Positions 1-9,057 of a stretch of 64,000 nucleotides of DNA are shown one piece after another; within the stretch, counting starts at the first letter, position 1; the number at the start of each line of letters is the position of its first letter. The notes below the pieces were generated by a model. That model was not told the origin of the DNA. It ran no database searches and worked only from the letters and a program-made list of their open reading frames with translations. Location of the stretch: the IMG/VR virus record IMGVR_UViG_3300000228_000008; one strand, written 5' to 3'. The stretch is from an uncultured virus (IMG/VR IMGVR_UViG_3300000228_000008). Lineage: Duplodnaviria; Heunggongvirae; Uroviricota; Caudoviricetes. The position numbers and the translations under genes are program-made.

Positions 1-151
1 TTAGTGGCAGTGTTGGTATAACAAATTTTCCTGCGACTCAACCAGTTAGTGGCAGTGTCGGTATAACAAATTTCCCAACAACTCAACCAGTTAGTGGCAG
101 TGTTGGTATAACAAATTTTCCTGCGACTCAACCAGTTAGTGGCAGTGTTGC
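1..151 (+). repeat. 45-bp coding tandem repeat, at least 3.3 copies, running off the left edge
   Basis: Units at 1-45, 46-90, 91-135 and partial 136-151 (ttagtggcagtgttggtataacaaattttcctgcgactcaaccag and a variant). Confidence 0.95.
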
Positions 152-677
152 TATTGAAAATTCAAACAACACACTTACAGGCCCACAAAAAACTATTATC
201 TGTAGGCCAGCTGATATTGTCGGGGATGGAACTGGTAGTATCAATATGAATGTGGATGGTTCGGTTACCCCTGTAATATTCAGAATTAAACCATCACCAA
301 CAGAGGTGTACCGATTAGCCTGGTGGATGATTACTATTGAAGATTTAGGGTCTTTTGATTCTTCAGGATGGGGAAATAATGCAGGTGTCCCTTTGACAAA
401 TGGTATAATATTCCAAAAGTCTGTTAATGGTGTACTCACGCCGCTTTTTAATTGTGAAATCAAATCTCATATTAACCTTGCTTCGATGACGGTGGACTTC
501 AATCATCACGCTTTTGGTACTGGAAACGAATTTGTTACAGCAAGATGGAAGGTCACAGATACAGGTCAATATTTTAGATTGGATGGCGCGAACAATGAGG
601 AACTCCAAATAGTAATTCGGGATAATTTAACTTATCTTGTTAGCCAACGAGTGAGAATGTCGGGATACATTGAATAA
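1..677 (+). CDS. 5'-truncated virion-associated protein with 15-aa tandem repeats (VSGSVGITNFPATQP); the track ORF 246..677 is only its C-terminal part
   Basis: Frame 3 is open from position 3 through the ATG at 246 to the stop ending at 677; the repeats translate in this frame. Confidence 0.8.
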   Translation, partial: SGSVGITNFPATQPVSGSVGITNFPTTQPVSGSVGITNFPATQPVSGSVAIENSNNTLTGPQKTIICRPADIVGDGTGSINMNVDGSVTPVIFRIKPSPTEVYRLAWWMITIEDLGSFDSSGWGNNAGVPLTNGIIFQKSVNGVLTPLFNCEIKSHINLASMTVDFNHHAFGTGNEFVTARWKVTDTGQYFRLDGANNEELQIVIRDNLTYLVSQRVRMSGYIE

Positions 678-973
678 TGGATGCTTGGGAAACCTTAATA
701 AGTACCAGCAGTCTTACCCCTGCTGGCAGCTACGATGCCTGGGAACACCTGAATGCACAGAGCGGCGGCGGCCCAGGAAATCCAATGTATGTTTATACAC
801 CAGACCCTACTGTAATTATCTCAAAATTTGGTAATATACATATATCTGGTGATGATAACTTACCTAATTTAAAAGTAGATAATGCTTTAGAGCTACAACC
901 AAATATAAGTAGTAACACTGAGAAAATAGTATTAACAACAAATCTATTAAAACCTTCTTTACATATACAATAG
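677..973 (+). CDS. Hypothetical protein, 98 aa
   Basis: TAATG overlap with the upstream stop; internal duplicated DAWE motif. Confidence 0.75.
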   Translation: MDAWETLISTSSLTPAGSYDAWEHLNAQSGGGPGNPMYVYTPDPTVIISKFGNIHISGDDNLPNLKVDNALELQPNISSNTEKIVLTTNLLKPSLHIQ

Positions 974-983
974 GTAAAACACT

Positions 984-1940
984 ATGATAACTATAACTAT
1001 AACTGTTGAAAATTTAACAGATGTTCTTACTATTTTTAGTAAAATAGAACTCCTTCGTTATAATGGTTCCAGTACTCCATTAACACCAATTAATGCGTCT
1101 GAGTTCGTGATTATTGCTAATGGTATAGACCAGATTAATAATAGAACAAATGTTAGCGATGTGTTACTATCCCCCACATACTCACAGTACTATTTCATAG
1201 ATCCAGATGGGGATTCAGATAGTTGGTATATCAGTAGATATGCTAATAATACAGGAAGCACAACCAGTGGTTGGTCAGATCCAATACAGGGTGACGAAGA
1301 TGATATGTTCTACAACCCAATGTATCCAGATGAGGTAGCTTACGGTACAGTAGATAAACAAATAATAAACAAACTAAGGTTATTTATAGGAGATCCAATT
1401 AATTTACATAGATCTTATGGAGAAGAAGCTTTATCTTATTTTCATAATGATAACATGGTTTTTGAGTTACAAGAAAAAGGTTGGCCAACTAGTATAAATA
1501 TATACGGTAGGCAGTACACTTCTTCTGCAGATCCATATGTAAATGGTTATAAATACTTAAAGTTTAACACACCAGTAAATTTAACCAACACCACTATTTC
1601 TGGTGTACAACAAAGTATAGATGTTTGGTTTTATACTTTTAGGCATAGTGATAGACAATTAATGGAAGCTTATGATACATGTCTTCCTCCTTCACCTCTA
1701 ACCACGGTTAATTGCACACAAGATATTTATCTTATGCAAACAGCTTATGACTTATTAAACAATGAGTCTTGGGAATTAGCTATAGAGGACGGGTCAGAAA
1801 TAGTAGATGGTAGAGATACTTATAATCCTTCTTCAGGACTGGTAGCACGAGATAAACTTTTGACAAGATTAAGAAAGCAGTTAGATGACGTTATAAAATC
1901 AAAAAGATTTGTTGGAATAGGTGGTGTAAGAATTGATTAA
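984..1940 (+). CDS. Putative head-tail adaptor/neck protein
   Basis: 318-aa ORF positioned before the tail genes; helical C-terminus typical of adaptors; function inferred from synteny. Confidence 0.5.
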   Translation: MITITITVENLTDVLTIFSKIELLRYNGSSTPLTPINASEFVIIANGIDQINNRTNVSDVLLSPTYSQYYFIDPDGDSDSWYISRYANNTGSTTSGWSDPIQGDEDDMFYNPMYPDEVAYGTVDKQIINKLRLFIGDPINLHRSYGEEALSYFHNDNMVFELQEKGWPTSINIYGRQYTSSADPYVNGYKYLKFNTPVNLTNTTISGVQQSIDVWFYTFRHSDRQLMEAYDTCLPPSPLTTVNCTQDIYLMQTAYDLLNNESWELAIEDGSEIVDGRDTYNPSSGLVARDKLLTRLRKQLDDVIKSKRFVGIGGVRID

Positions 1941-1953
1941 TACATTATAAAGG

Positions 1954-2550
1954 TTGTTTATTATGAGAAAAAGAATAAGTACAACAACAAGAAAAAAATT
2001 TACAAATTCAATAAGAGATATCATGTCAGATTTAAGCAGACCAATTGAGGTATTTAAAACTCCTATTAAACATGAGTGTTTTAATTGTTATTATGATAAA
2101 CTTACTAATAGTAGTACCAATACTTGTAAATGGACTTTAGCAGAAGCACTTCAAAAACAGAACGAGTATGCTCAATCTGGCGGTATAGGTGTAAAGTACA
2201 AGTATTTCTCTACAGGTAGGTGCCCAGTATGTAAGGGTAAAGGTTACTTAGAGACTTTAAGAAAAGCTTGGGTTAAGTGTAAAATAACTTGGGATCCAAA
2301 AGCTGATACTGAGTTCATAAGTGACCCAGCAGGTGTATCTGGTAATACAAGTGTTGAATTAAAAACAGATCCAAAATACATTAATTTGTTTACTGATTGT
2401 ACTCATATGTTTGTAGATGACATTAAATGTGTATTATCTAAACCACCTATTATTAGAGGTATAGGAGAAGCTTCTTTACTAATTATACTTGCATTTACAC
2501 CAGATAAAGTCACTACTCCTGTAGAAGGTGGTGGCAAAATTTATGAGTAA
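1954..2550 (+). CDS. Putative head-closure/neck protein with zinc-finger-like CxxC pairs; likely start ATG 1963
   Basis: CFNC and CPVCKGKG motifs, beta-rich C-terminus, position in the neck cluster. Confidence 0.5.
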   Translation: MFIMRKRISTTTRKKFTNSIRDIMSDLSRPIEVFKTPIKHECFNCYYDKLTNSSTNTCKWTLAEALQKQNEYAQSGGIGVKYKYFSTGRCPVCKGKGYLETLRKAWVKCKITWDPKADTEFISDPAGVSGNTSVELKTDPKYINLFTDCTHMFVDDIKCVLSKPPIIRGIGEASLLIILAFTPDKVTTPVEGGGKIYE

Positions 2551-3211
2551 TGATGTAAGTAAAAAGCAGGAAGTAATAAGTAAGGACTTGGAATACCTTA
2601 TTTTTACTAATACCATACTGGAGATGTCTAATTTTTTACCAAAATTAATAGATAAATATATAGATAGTTTTTCAGATTTACTTTTAAATTTGAATATAGA
2701 TGGTGATAGTTTAGCAAAACCAGAATTATTTTTTGAGGAGTACAAAAATGCATTAAGTGCTTTTAATTACATTAATCCTATATCTAATTTTGAATTAAAA
2801 ATAACTTTACCAGATGTTGATACTTTTGATTTTAAGGATAGGTTACTATTTATACAACTACTAACTGCTGGTTTTATAGGTAGTTATTTAGAGATATCAA
2901 AGAAAGATTATGTTTTATTAATGTCTCGCGGGGATTTAAGTAAAAAGATAGTAAACACTATAAGCACATTACCTAGTATTCTAGACGAAGAAGATAATGA
3001 CTTAGATTTTTACTTACTAGATACATCGTTAAATATACACAATATACTACAACAGATATTAGGAAAAAAATTAATTGTGTTTCCTTTTTCTAATACTGCC
3101 CCTATACATATATTTGATGATGGTATAAACTACTTTAATGCTAATAAACAAGATTTATTTGACAAAATAACTAGTAATTCTATAACTATGTTGAAAAGGA
3201 GGTCGTATTAG
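2528..3211 (+). CDS. Hypothetical neck-region protein; likely start ATG 2543
   Basis: 227-aa ORF overlapping both neighbours. Confidence 0.6.
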   Translation: MVAKFMSNDVSKKQEVISKDLEYLIFTNTILEMSNFLPKLIDKYIDSFSDLLLNLNIDGDSLAKPELFFEEYKNALSAFNYINPISNFELKITLPDVDTFDFKDRLLFIQLLTAGFIGSYLEISKKDYVLLMSRGDLSKKIVNTISTLPSILDEEDNDLDFYLLDTSLNIHNILQQILGKKLIVFPFSNTAPIHIFDDGINYFNANKQDLFDKITSNSITMLKRRSY

Positions 3212-4077
3212 TGTATAGGTTAAGAAAAGAAGATCTTAGTCTTTATAGGTACTTTAGAGACATAGTACTTAAGGATTCAAACGAGTATCAGGAAAAAGAT
3301 GAATTGGTGTTTAATAATGACCAATCTACTTCTTCATTATCTATTTATAATATATCTACACTGGCCACACCAAACCCATTTGAACACGGTAGAGGTATAG
3401 TTTATTTCGATAATCTTGATAATACTTGCTTAGTTAATACTACTACAATTTCTGGTACACCTGAGCAGTCTAGTAGAGTATTTGTCTATGATGAAAGTTT
3501 AAACTTAATAGATGAAAACTCATATAGAGTTGACTATACTGATGGTACTATAATTACATCACCTTTAATTGTTCCAAAATATATAGATTTTTATTGGTAT
3601 TATATAAGTCTAGTGGATGAATGGTCTAACTTGTCTGTATCGACTGCACCAGTAGTAGTTTTAGATATTTCAGGAACAACAAAAACTGGCTATCAACTGG
3701 GTGGCGGTAAAAAGATTATAAGGAAATGTAATATTTATACATTCTCTTCTTCGTCTTCTGAAAGAAGTGATATTACAGAGCTTATTTATGACAACTTATA
3801 TTTAAAAAACTGCCCTTTATATGATTTTGAACGTGGATCTGCTTTAGATTTTGATGGTACTTTTTTTAATCGCAGAAATAATTATGATAAAACTACAAAT
3901 CTTTACAGTAGGGCTACTGTTAGTGGTACATCTAATTTAAGATTTGAGGAAGTAGAGTCCAGGAATATTAATATACCTTTAGCTATGAGTAGTAGAAATG
4001 AAGCAGTCACATTATCTGATTTGAACGCCTTTAGGTCTAGAATATCTTTTGATCTTGTATCTTTCACAGGCAGCTAA
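3211..4077 (+). CDS. Putative tail terminator/tail completion protein
   Basis: GTG start with GGAGG upstream; lies immediately before the major tail gene; PVVVLD...GYQLGGG pattern and C-terminal RSRISFDL strand resemble terminator folds. Confidence 0.5.
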   Translation: MYRLRKEDLSLYRYFRDIVLKDSNEYQEKDELVFNNDQSTSSLSIYNISTLATPNPFEHGRGIVYFDNLDNTCLVNTTTISGTPEQSSRVFVYDESLNLIDENSYRVDYTDGTIITSPLIVPKYIDFYWYYISLVDEWSNLSVSTAPVVVLDISGTTKTGYQLGGGKKIIRKCNIYTFSSSSSERSDITELIYDNLYLKNCPLYDFERGSALDFDGTFFNRRNNYDKTTNLYSRATVSGTSNLRFEEVESRNINIPLAMSSRNEAVTLSDLNAFRSRISFDLVSFTGS

Positions 4078-4091
4078 ATACTTAAATAAAA

Positions 4092-4122
4092 TAATTAACT
4101 AACCTATACTTATGTAGAAAGG
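4092..4122 (+). promoter_or_regulatory. Candidate phage-specific promoter motif TAATTAACTAACYTATA...GAAAGG, copy 1
   Basis: Matches 7938-7954 at 16 of 17 positions; both copies precede structural genes with strong RBSs. Confidence 0.45.
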
Positions 4123-4191
4123 AAAGGCCCAGTAATTTTAAAACTAACCTGAATTTTTATAAAAATATAAATCTGATTAAGGAGATTAATT

Positions 4192-5781
4192 ATGGCTAGA
4201 AATAGAATAATTTATGCCTCACAAAGCGTGTGGTGTAATGGTAGTTTGTTATATAGAGTGCAGTCTTTCGGCAGCACTACAACTTTTACTAGTGAAGATA
4301 TTTTCGAACTAGGTCATTTAGACATCATTGATGTTGTAGATGACGTACCTGCTGTAGCAGTAACTTTGAATACTAATGACTTTGGTGATGTTACAACTAT
4401 GGCACAGCTTGCTCAGGTTCTTCCAGAGCGCAGAGCTATGGATGCTACTGCAACAATTACTAACTCAAACTTAGCAGTCGTTGACTCAAATTTAACCCCA
4501 ACTGGTGTTTATTTACATGGGGTTTGTGTGCCTGACTTTGCTATTTCTTGTGGTTCTCTTCCTGGTGTAACTTTATGGGCACCTGTTCAGGAAGAATGTT
4601 CTGCAGGTTCTCTTGCTGCAAATATCGACCAGACTTTATTTTTAGATAAAGCATTCGCTAACAGTATAGAACTTAATTATTCTTCTGGAGCTAACGCCGC
4701 TGAGAATTATGGGTTAGAAACAGATAATAAAATGTGGCTTTTAAATGATGGAAGATTTGTAAATTGTGATAGTTTTACTATTGACGCTGCTGCTGTAACT
4801 AATGGTTATGTAGATTTAACTTTAGCAGCCTCAGCTAATATTGCCACTTTAACTGGTGGTATTGGTTTCCTTAGAAAAGATACAAATGGTTCTCCATCTG
4901 TAACTTGGTATGATGCTAGTACTAACACAATGATAAATATCGAAGTTGTTGTTGGAGCCACTGCTGTTGCGGCTACCTTCGTTTATCATGATACCGGTAC
5001 TCAGCATAGATTGTACTTTCCTACAGGTACCGCTATTGTAGTATCAGATAGATTGGTTGTTGTTTATTCTGCTGATGCTTATGGCTCAGGCACAAGCAAT
5101 AAGTATTTTGAATTAATGAATACTTTAAATAGACCAGATTTCGTAGGTGCTTTACGTCAGGGTCAGGTAGAAGTACATATTCTTTCTGACACTTCTTCAA
5201 GCTTCGACATCGCTTGGCGTTTAACTAGTGCATCAGTTTCTGCCTCACTTACTCGTGAGCCTTTAACTGAGTTAGGTCACCTTTCTCCATATGACCGTCC
5301 TCTTACTTTACCAGTACCTATTACAGTAGCTGTTGAATCTACTGCTGGTGATTTAGAGAACTGGGCTAAAGTTGCTAATAAGCTCTCTGCTTTTACAAAT
5401 GGTACTTTAGATAGTATGGCTCTTGCTGATTTAATGTCTTCTGAGGATTTGAAACTTGTTGTTAAGGTTTATGCACAAACTGATGAGGAGGCAGGAGGAA
5501 CGGGTGCGAATAGAACAGTTTCCACAACTTCTGATTTAATTGGTCAGCATTACTGGGTAGATGGTGTTATGAGTACTTACTCTGCTGGTAACGTAGAACG
5601 TGCTTTGAAGACTGTTATTGTTGAACATTTAAAAATTACTGATGAGGGAATGACTTTGGATATGGGCGCAAATGCGACCCAGAGCTTCTCCTTCAGATCT
5701 ACTAATGATCTTTACGTGGTTAAAGGCGATTTGACAATTGGTAATATTACATCTGGTAATAAGATTAGACGACGCGGTTAA
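4192..5781 (+). CDS. Major tail (tube) protein
   Basis: 529 aa, strong RBS (TAAGGAG), followed by a terminator; RVQSFG...IFELG N-terminal pattern repeated as RLTSAS...LTELG; lies upstream of the chaperones and tape measure. Confidence 0.7.
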   Translation: MARNRIIYASQSVWCNGSLLYRVQSFGSTTTFTSEDIFELGHLDIIDVVDDVPAVAVTLNTNDFGDVTTMAQLAQVLPERRAMDATATITNSNLAVVDSNLTPTGVYLHGVCVPDFAISCGSLPGVTLWAPVQEECSAGSLAANIDQTLFLDKAFANSIELNYSSGANAAENYGLETDNKMWLLNDGRFVNCDSFTIDAAAVTNGYVDLTLAASANIATLTGGIGFLRKDTNGSPSVTWYDASTNTMINIEVVVGATAVAATFVYHDTGTQHRLYFPTGTAIVVSDRLVVVYSADAYGSGTSNKYFELMNTLNRPDFVGALRQGQVEVHILSDTSSSFDIAWRLTSASVSASLTREPLTELGHLSPYDRPLTLPVPITVAVESTAGDLENWAKVANKLSAFTNGTLDSMALADLMSSEDLKLVVKVYAQTDEEAGGTGANRTVSTTSDLIGQHYWVDGVMSTYSAGNVERALKTVIVEHLKITDEGMTLDMGANATQSFSFRSTNDLYVVKGDLTIGNITSGNKIRRRG

Positions 5782-5806
5782 TTTTTAATAAGTTTTTTAC
5801 TTAAAC

Positions 5807-5841
5807 AATACCCGTACTGCTGATAGTAGTACGGGTATTTT
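5807..5841 (+). terminator. Intrinsic terminator hairpin after the major tail gene
   Basis: 15-bp stem aatacccgtactgct / agtagtacgggtatt (one G-U pair), 3-nt loop, T-run at the 3' end. Confidence 0.8.
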
Positions 5842-5860
5842 CATATAATATATAACAATC

Positions 5861-6832
5861 ATGCCAACAAAATTAAATATAACTGATTTTATAACTAGAT
5901 CTACACTTGTACATGGAAATAAATACGACTACTCACAAGTAGAGTATGTAAATAGTAAAACAAAAGTTAAGATATTTTGTAGGCGCTGTAATGACTATTT
6001 TTATCAACTCCCTCCTGATCATATGTTAGGGAAAGGTTGTATAGTTGATAGCTATGTAGATAGAGGCAAAAATAGAGCTAAAAGCACTGAGTTATTTATT
6101 GAGCAATCTATTGGTGTATATGGTGATAAATATGACTATTCTAAAGCTGTATATAAAAATAACAAAATAAAAATAGAGATAATTTGTCGTATTCATGGTT
6201 CTTTTTGGCAGAGGCCTAATGACCATCTAAGTAAACACGGTTGTCCAAAATGTGGTACAGAAAATAATTCAAAAGAAAATAATAGTAATTGGAAGGGAGG
6301 CGTGTCTAAAAATAATCTAAATTTACCTCTCTATACAACTTATGCACCACAACTCGAAAAATATCATAAAGTTCATAAAGTAACTCAAGATGGTTTGGAA
6401 CTTTTAGGAGTTGAGTGTATGTATTGTAATCAGGTTTTTGTACCGTCAACATATAAAGTACAGGATAGAATTAAAGCTATTGTTGGAACAACAGGAGGAG
6501 AACAAAATTTCTACTGTTCAGAAAATTGTAAAAAAGCCTGTCCCACTTACAGGCAAGTAAGTTATCCAAAGGGTTTTAAAATTTCTACGGCAAGAGAAGT
6601 TCAGCCAGCTTTAAGAAAACTAGTTCTAGCCAGAGATAACTACCAGTGTCAAATTTGTGACGCTGGGCTAGAAGACGCCGAACTTCATTGTCACCATATG
6701 ACTGGTGTAGAACAAAATCCAATTGAATCAGCGGATGTTGACAACTGCATAACACTATGTAAAAAATGTCACAAACATGTTCATACATTACCTGCTTGTG
6801 GCTATGCACAACTTAAATGTACTAAGGTATAA
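5861..6832 (+). CDS. Free-standing HNH homing endonuclease with two N-terminal DUF723-like repeats
   Basis: HGxKYDYS...C..H..F.Q.P..HL...GCPKC repeats, NWKGG linker, FYCSENCK Zn ribbon, C-terminal RDNYQCQIC...HCHH...NCITLCKKCH HNH domain. Confidence 0.88.
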   Translation: MPTKLNITDFITRSTLVHGNKYDYSQVEYVNSKTKVKIFCRRCNDYFYQLPPDHMLGKGCIVDSYVDRGKNRAKSTELFIEQSIGVYGDKYDYSKAVYKNNKIKIEIICRIHGSFWQRPNDHLSKHGCPKCGTENNSKENNSNWKGGVSKNNLNLPLYTTYAPQLEKYHKVHKVTQDGLELLGVECMYCNQVFVPSTYKVQDRIKAIVGTTGGEQNFYCSENCKKACPTYRQVSYPKGFKISTAREVQPALRKLVLARDNYQCQICDAGLEDAELHCHHMTGVEQNPIESADVDNCITLCKKCHKHVHTLPACGYAQLKCTKV

Positions 6833-6837
6833 CAATC

Positions 6838-7944
6838 ATGCCAGCAAAACTAAGTTATGAATTTGTTAAAGATTACTTTGAAAAAAAAGGTTGTACACTT
6901 ATTTCTAAAGAATATATTGATAGTAATACAAAATTGAATTACTTGTGTCCTTTAGGTCATACTCACAGCACTACTTTTCATATTTTTAAAAATAGTAATA
7001 ATAGTTGTCCAAATAGTGCTTTAAACATTCGGTACTCATATGAACAGGTCAAGGAGTTTTTTGAAAGGAAAGGTTACACTCTTGTATCTACAGAATACGT
7101 TAATAATAAAACACCATTAGTTTATATTTGTAACAGAGGTCATCAACATGTCACCAGATTGAATAATTTACAACAAGGTAATAGTTGCCCCACTTGTTTT
7201 GGCACTACTATGTTAACTTACGAATTTGTCAAAGAGGCCTTTAAAAAAGTAGGTTACGAACTAATTTCTACAGAATATATTAATGCTCATACAAAACTAG
7301 ATTATGTTTGTAATAGAGGCCACCAGCATAGCATTATATGGAACAGTTTTCAACAAGGAGATACATGCCCAACTTGTTCTACAGAAAATATGTCAGGTAG
7401 TAACAGCTCAAATTGGTTAGGTGGTGTTTCAAAATTAAATTTGCCTCTATTTAAAACTTATGCTCCACAAATTGAAAATTATCACAAAGTTTACAAAGTA
7501 GCTCAAAACGGTTTAGAATTACTTGGTGTGGAATGTGCTTACTGTAATCAAATTTTTGTACCAAATACAACTGCTGTTTTTCATAGAGTTGCTGTTATAA
7601 ACGGTAGACTGTCAGGAGAGGCTAATTTCTACTGCTCTGAAAATTGTAAAAAAGCCTGCCCTACTTACGGGCAACATAAATATCCCAAAGGCTTTAAAAT
7701 TTCTACTTCCAGAGAGGTACAACCGCAACTAAGAAAACTAGTTTTAGCTCGTGACAATTATCAATGTCAAATTTGTGACGCTGGGCTAGAAGAAGCTGAA
7801 CTCCACTGTCACCATATTGAAGCTGTAAGTCAAAATCCAATAGAATCTGCTGACGTAGATAATTGTGTAACCCTTTGTAAAGACTGTCATACACAAGTTC
7901 ACAAATTACCTGGCTGTAATTATAAAGAATTAAGATGTAATTAA
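6838..7944 (+). CDS. Free-standing HNH homing endonuclease with three N-terminal Zn-finger repeats
   Basis: Three YE.VK..F...G..L.S.EY....T.L.Y.C..GH.H...CP repeats plus the same C-terminal HNH domain. Confidence 0.88.
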   Translation: MPAKLSYEFVKDYFEKKGCTLISKEYIDSNTKLNYLCPLGHTHSTTFHIFKNSNNSCPNSALNIRYSYEQVKEFFERKGYTLVSTEYVNNKTPLVYICNRGHQHVTRLNNLQQGNSCPTCFGTTMLTYEFVKEAFKKVGYELISTEYINAHTKLDYVCNRGHQHSIIWNSFQQGDTCPTCSTENMSGSNSSNWLGGVSKLNLPLFKTYAPQIENYHKVYKVAQNGLELLGVECAYCNQIFVPNTTAVFHRVAVINGRLSGEANFYCSENCKKACPTYGQHKYPKGFKISTSREVQPQLRKLVLARDNYQCQICDAGLEEAELHCHHIEAVSQNPIESADVDNCVTLCKDCHTQVHKLPGCNYKELRCN

Positions 7945-7966
7945 CTAACTTATATTTAATGAAAGG
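7938..7966 (+). promoter_or_regulatory. Candidate phage-specific promoter motif, copy 2
   Basis: taattaactaacttatatttaatgaaagg, similar to 4092-4122. Confidence 0.45.
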
Positions 7967-8004
7967 GTTACGGAAATGGTTTAACATTTTTAAAGGAGGC
8001 TATT

Positions 8005-8247
8005 ATGGGAGAGGTAGATAAAAAGCAGTTAGAAGTTTTGGTGAAAAAAGAAGTAACCAAGTTGTTTGAGTCTGTTTTAGACTATACGTCTATTGCAGTA
8101 CCAGATACCAACACGTTTAAAATTCTAAGAGGCCGTATTTTACGTATTGGTAATGATTGTATAAGGAATATCGTTTCTGAACTTGATTTTTTTGAAGTAA
8201 AAAGTTTAGACATTAGTGACGATATAATTGAAATTAAAAATAATTAA
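8005..8247 (+). CDS. Hypothetical protein, 80 aa
   Basis: Strong RBS AAGGAGG upstream of ATG. Confidence 0.85.
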   Translation: MGEVDKKQLEVLVKKEVTKLFESVLDYTSIAVPDTNTFKILRGRILRIGNDCIRNIVSELDFFEVKSLDISDDIIEIKNN

Positions 8248-8257
8248 GGAGACGGTT

Positions 8258-9025
8258 ATGGAAAATAAAGTATTTAGTACAGATGGTTTAAGAAGTTTTT
8301 TCAATATTAAAAAAGACACCACTTATTATATCACTGCCCCAACTGCTGAAAATATTCGTGGAGCTGATTGGGAATATAGTAAATCTTACACTAAGAGCCT
8401 GGTTGCAGGAATCACAACAACTGCTGAAATGACCGACATTCTGATGCGACGCGGCATTATCGGCCCAGAATTTGAAAAGCGTTCTAATGAACTTGCTACT
8501 GAGCTATCCTCAAAAATTGATGCTCTTCAAAAATCTACAAACTCACAAGAGAAATCTGAATTAGCTTATAAGGTAGCAACTGCCAGAGATGAGTTGTTTC
8601 AGTGGAATCAGCGCTTATCTGCCCCGCTTGGTAATACCTGCGAACAAATTTCAGATGACTCCAGACTGGAGTTTCTAACCTCTTGTTTAATTGTAGATGA
8701 TTCAGGTAAACGTCTTTGGGAGACTTTTGAAGATTATTTAAATGAAAAGGAGCAATCTCTATCCCAGCAGGCAAGATTCGAAACAATGCTATATTTACAA
8801 GGTTTAGACAGTAAGTTTCTTGAGAATACACCAGAAGCAGTTGCAATGCGTGAGTTACAGGAAGAGGCCTCTCTACAGGTAGTTAAAGATTTAGCATCTA
8901 TGGTTACAGAAGAGCCTGAAGAAACTACAGAAACTACTTCTGAGAGATTAAATACTGATTTTGAGGCGGCTCCTGTTTTAGAGGATACTTCTAACACTGT
9001 TAGAAAAATAACTAAGAAAAAATAA
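8258..9025 (+). CDS. Putative tail assembly chaperone; start ATG 8258 preferred over TTG 8228
   Basis: TAAGGAG RBS before ATG 8258; helical acidic protein between the tail tube and tape measure genes. Confidence 0.55.
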   Translation: MENKVFSTDGLRSFFNIKKDTTYYITAPTAENIRGADWEYSKSYTKSLVAGITTTAEMTDILMRRGIIGPEFEKRSNELATELSSKIDALQKSTNSQEKSELAYKVATARDELFQWNQRLSAPLGNTCEQISDDSRLEFLTSCLIVDDSGKRLWETFEDYLNEKEQSLSQQARFETMLYLQGLDSKFLENTPEAVAMRELQEEASLQVVKDLASMVTEEPEETTETTSERLNTDFEAAPVLEDTSNTVRKITKKK

Positions 9026-9057
9026 ATGCACTGTAACTTATAGTTATAGTTCACATT

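Noticed and set aside
1..151. CRISPR array
   Set aside because: Units are contiguous with no unique spacers, and they translate as an in-frame peptide repeat
5782..8004. Group I intron or intein hosting the HNH genes
   Set aside because: The flanking genes end and start cleanly, and there is no intergenic room for a ribozyme core; the HNH genes appear free-standing
9030..9050. Small hairpin actgtaact-tat-agttatagt as a terminator
   Set aside because: AT-rich weak stem with no convincing U-tract; function cannot be supported
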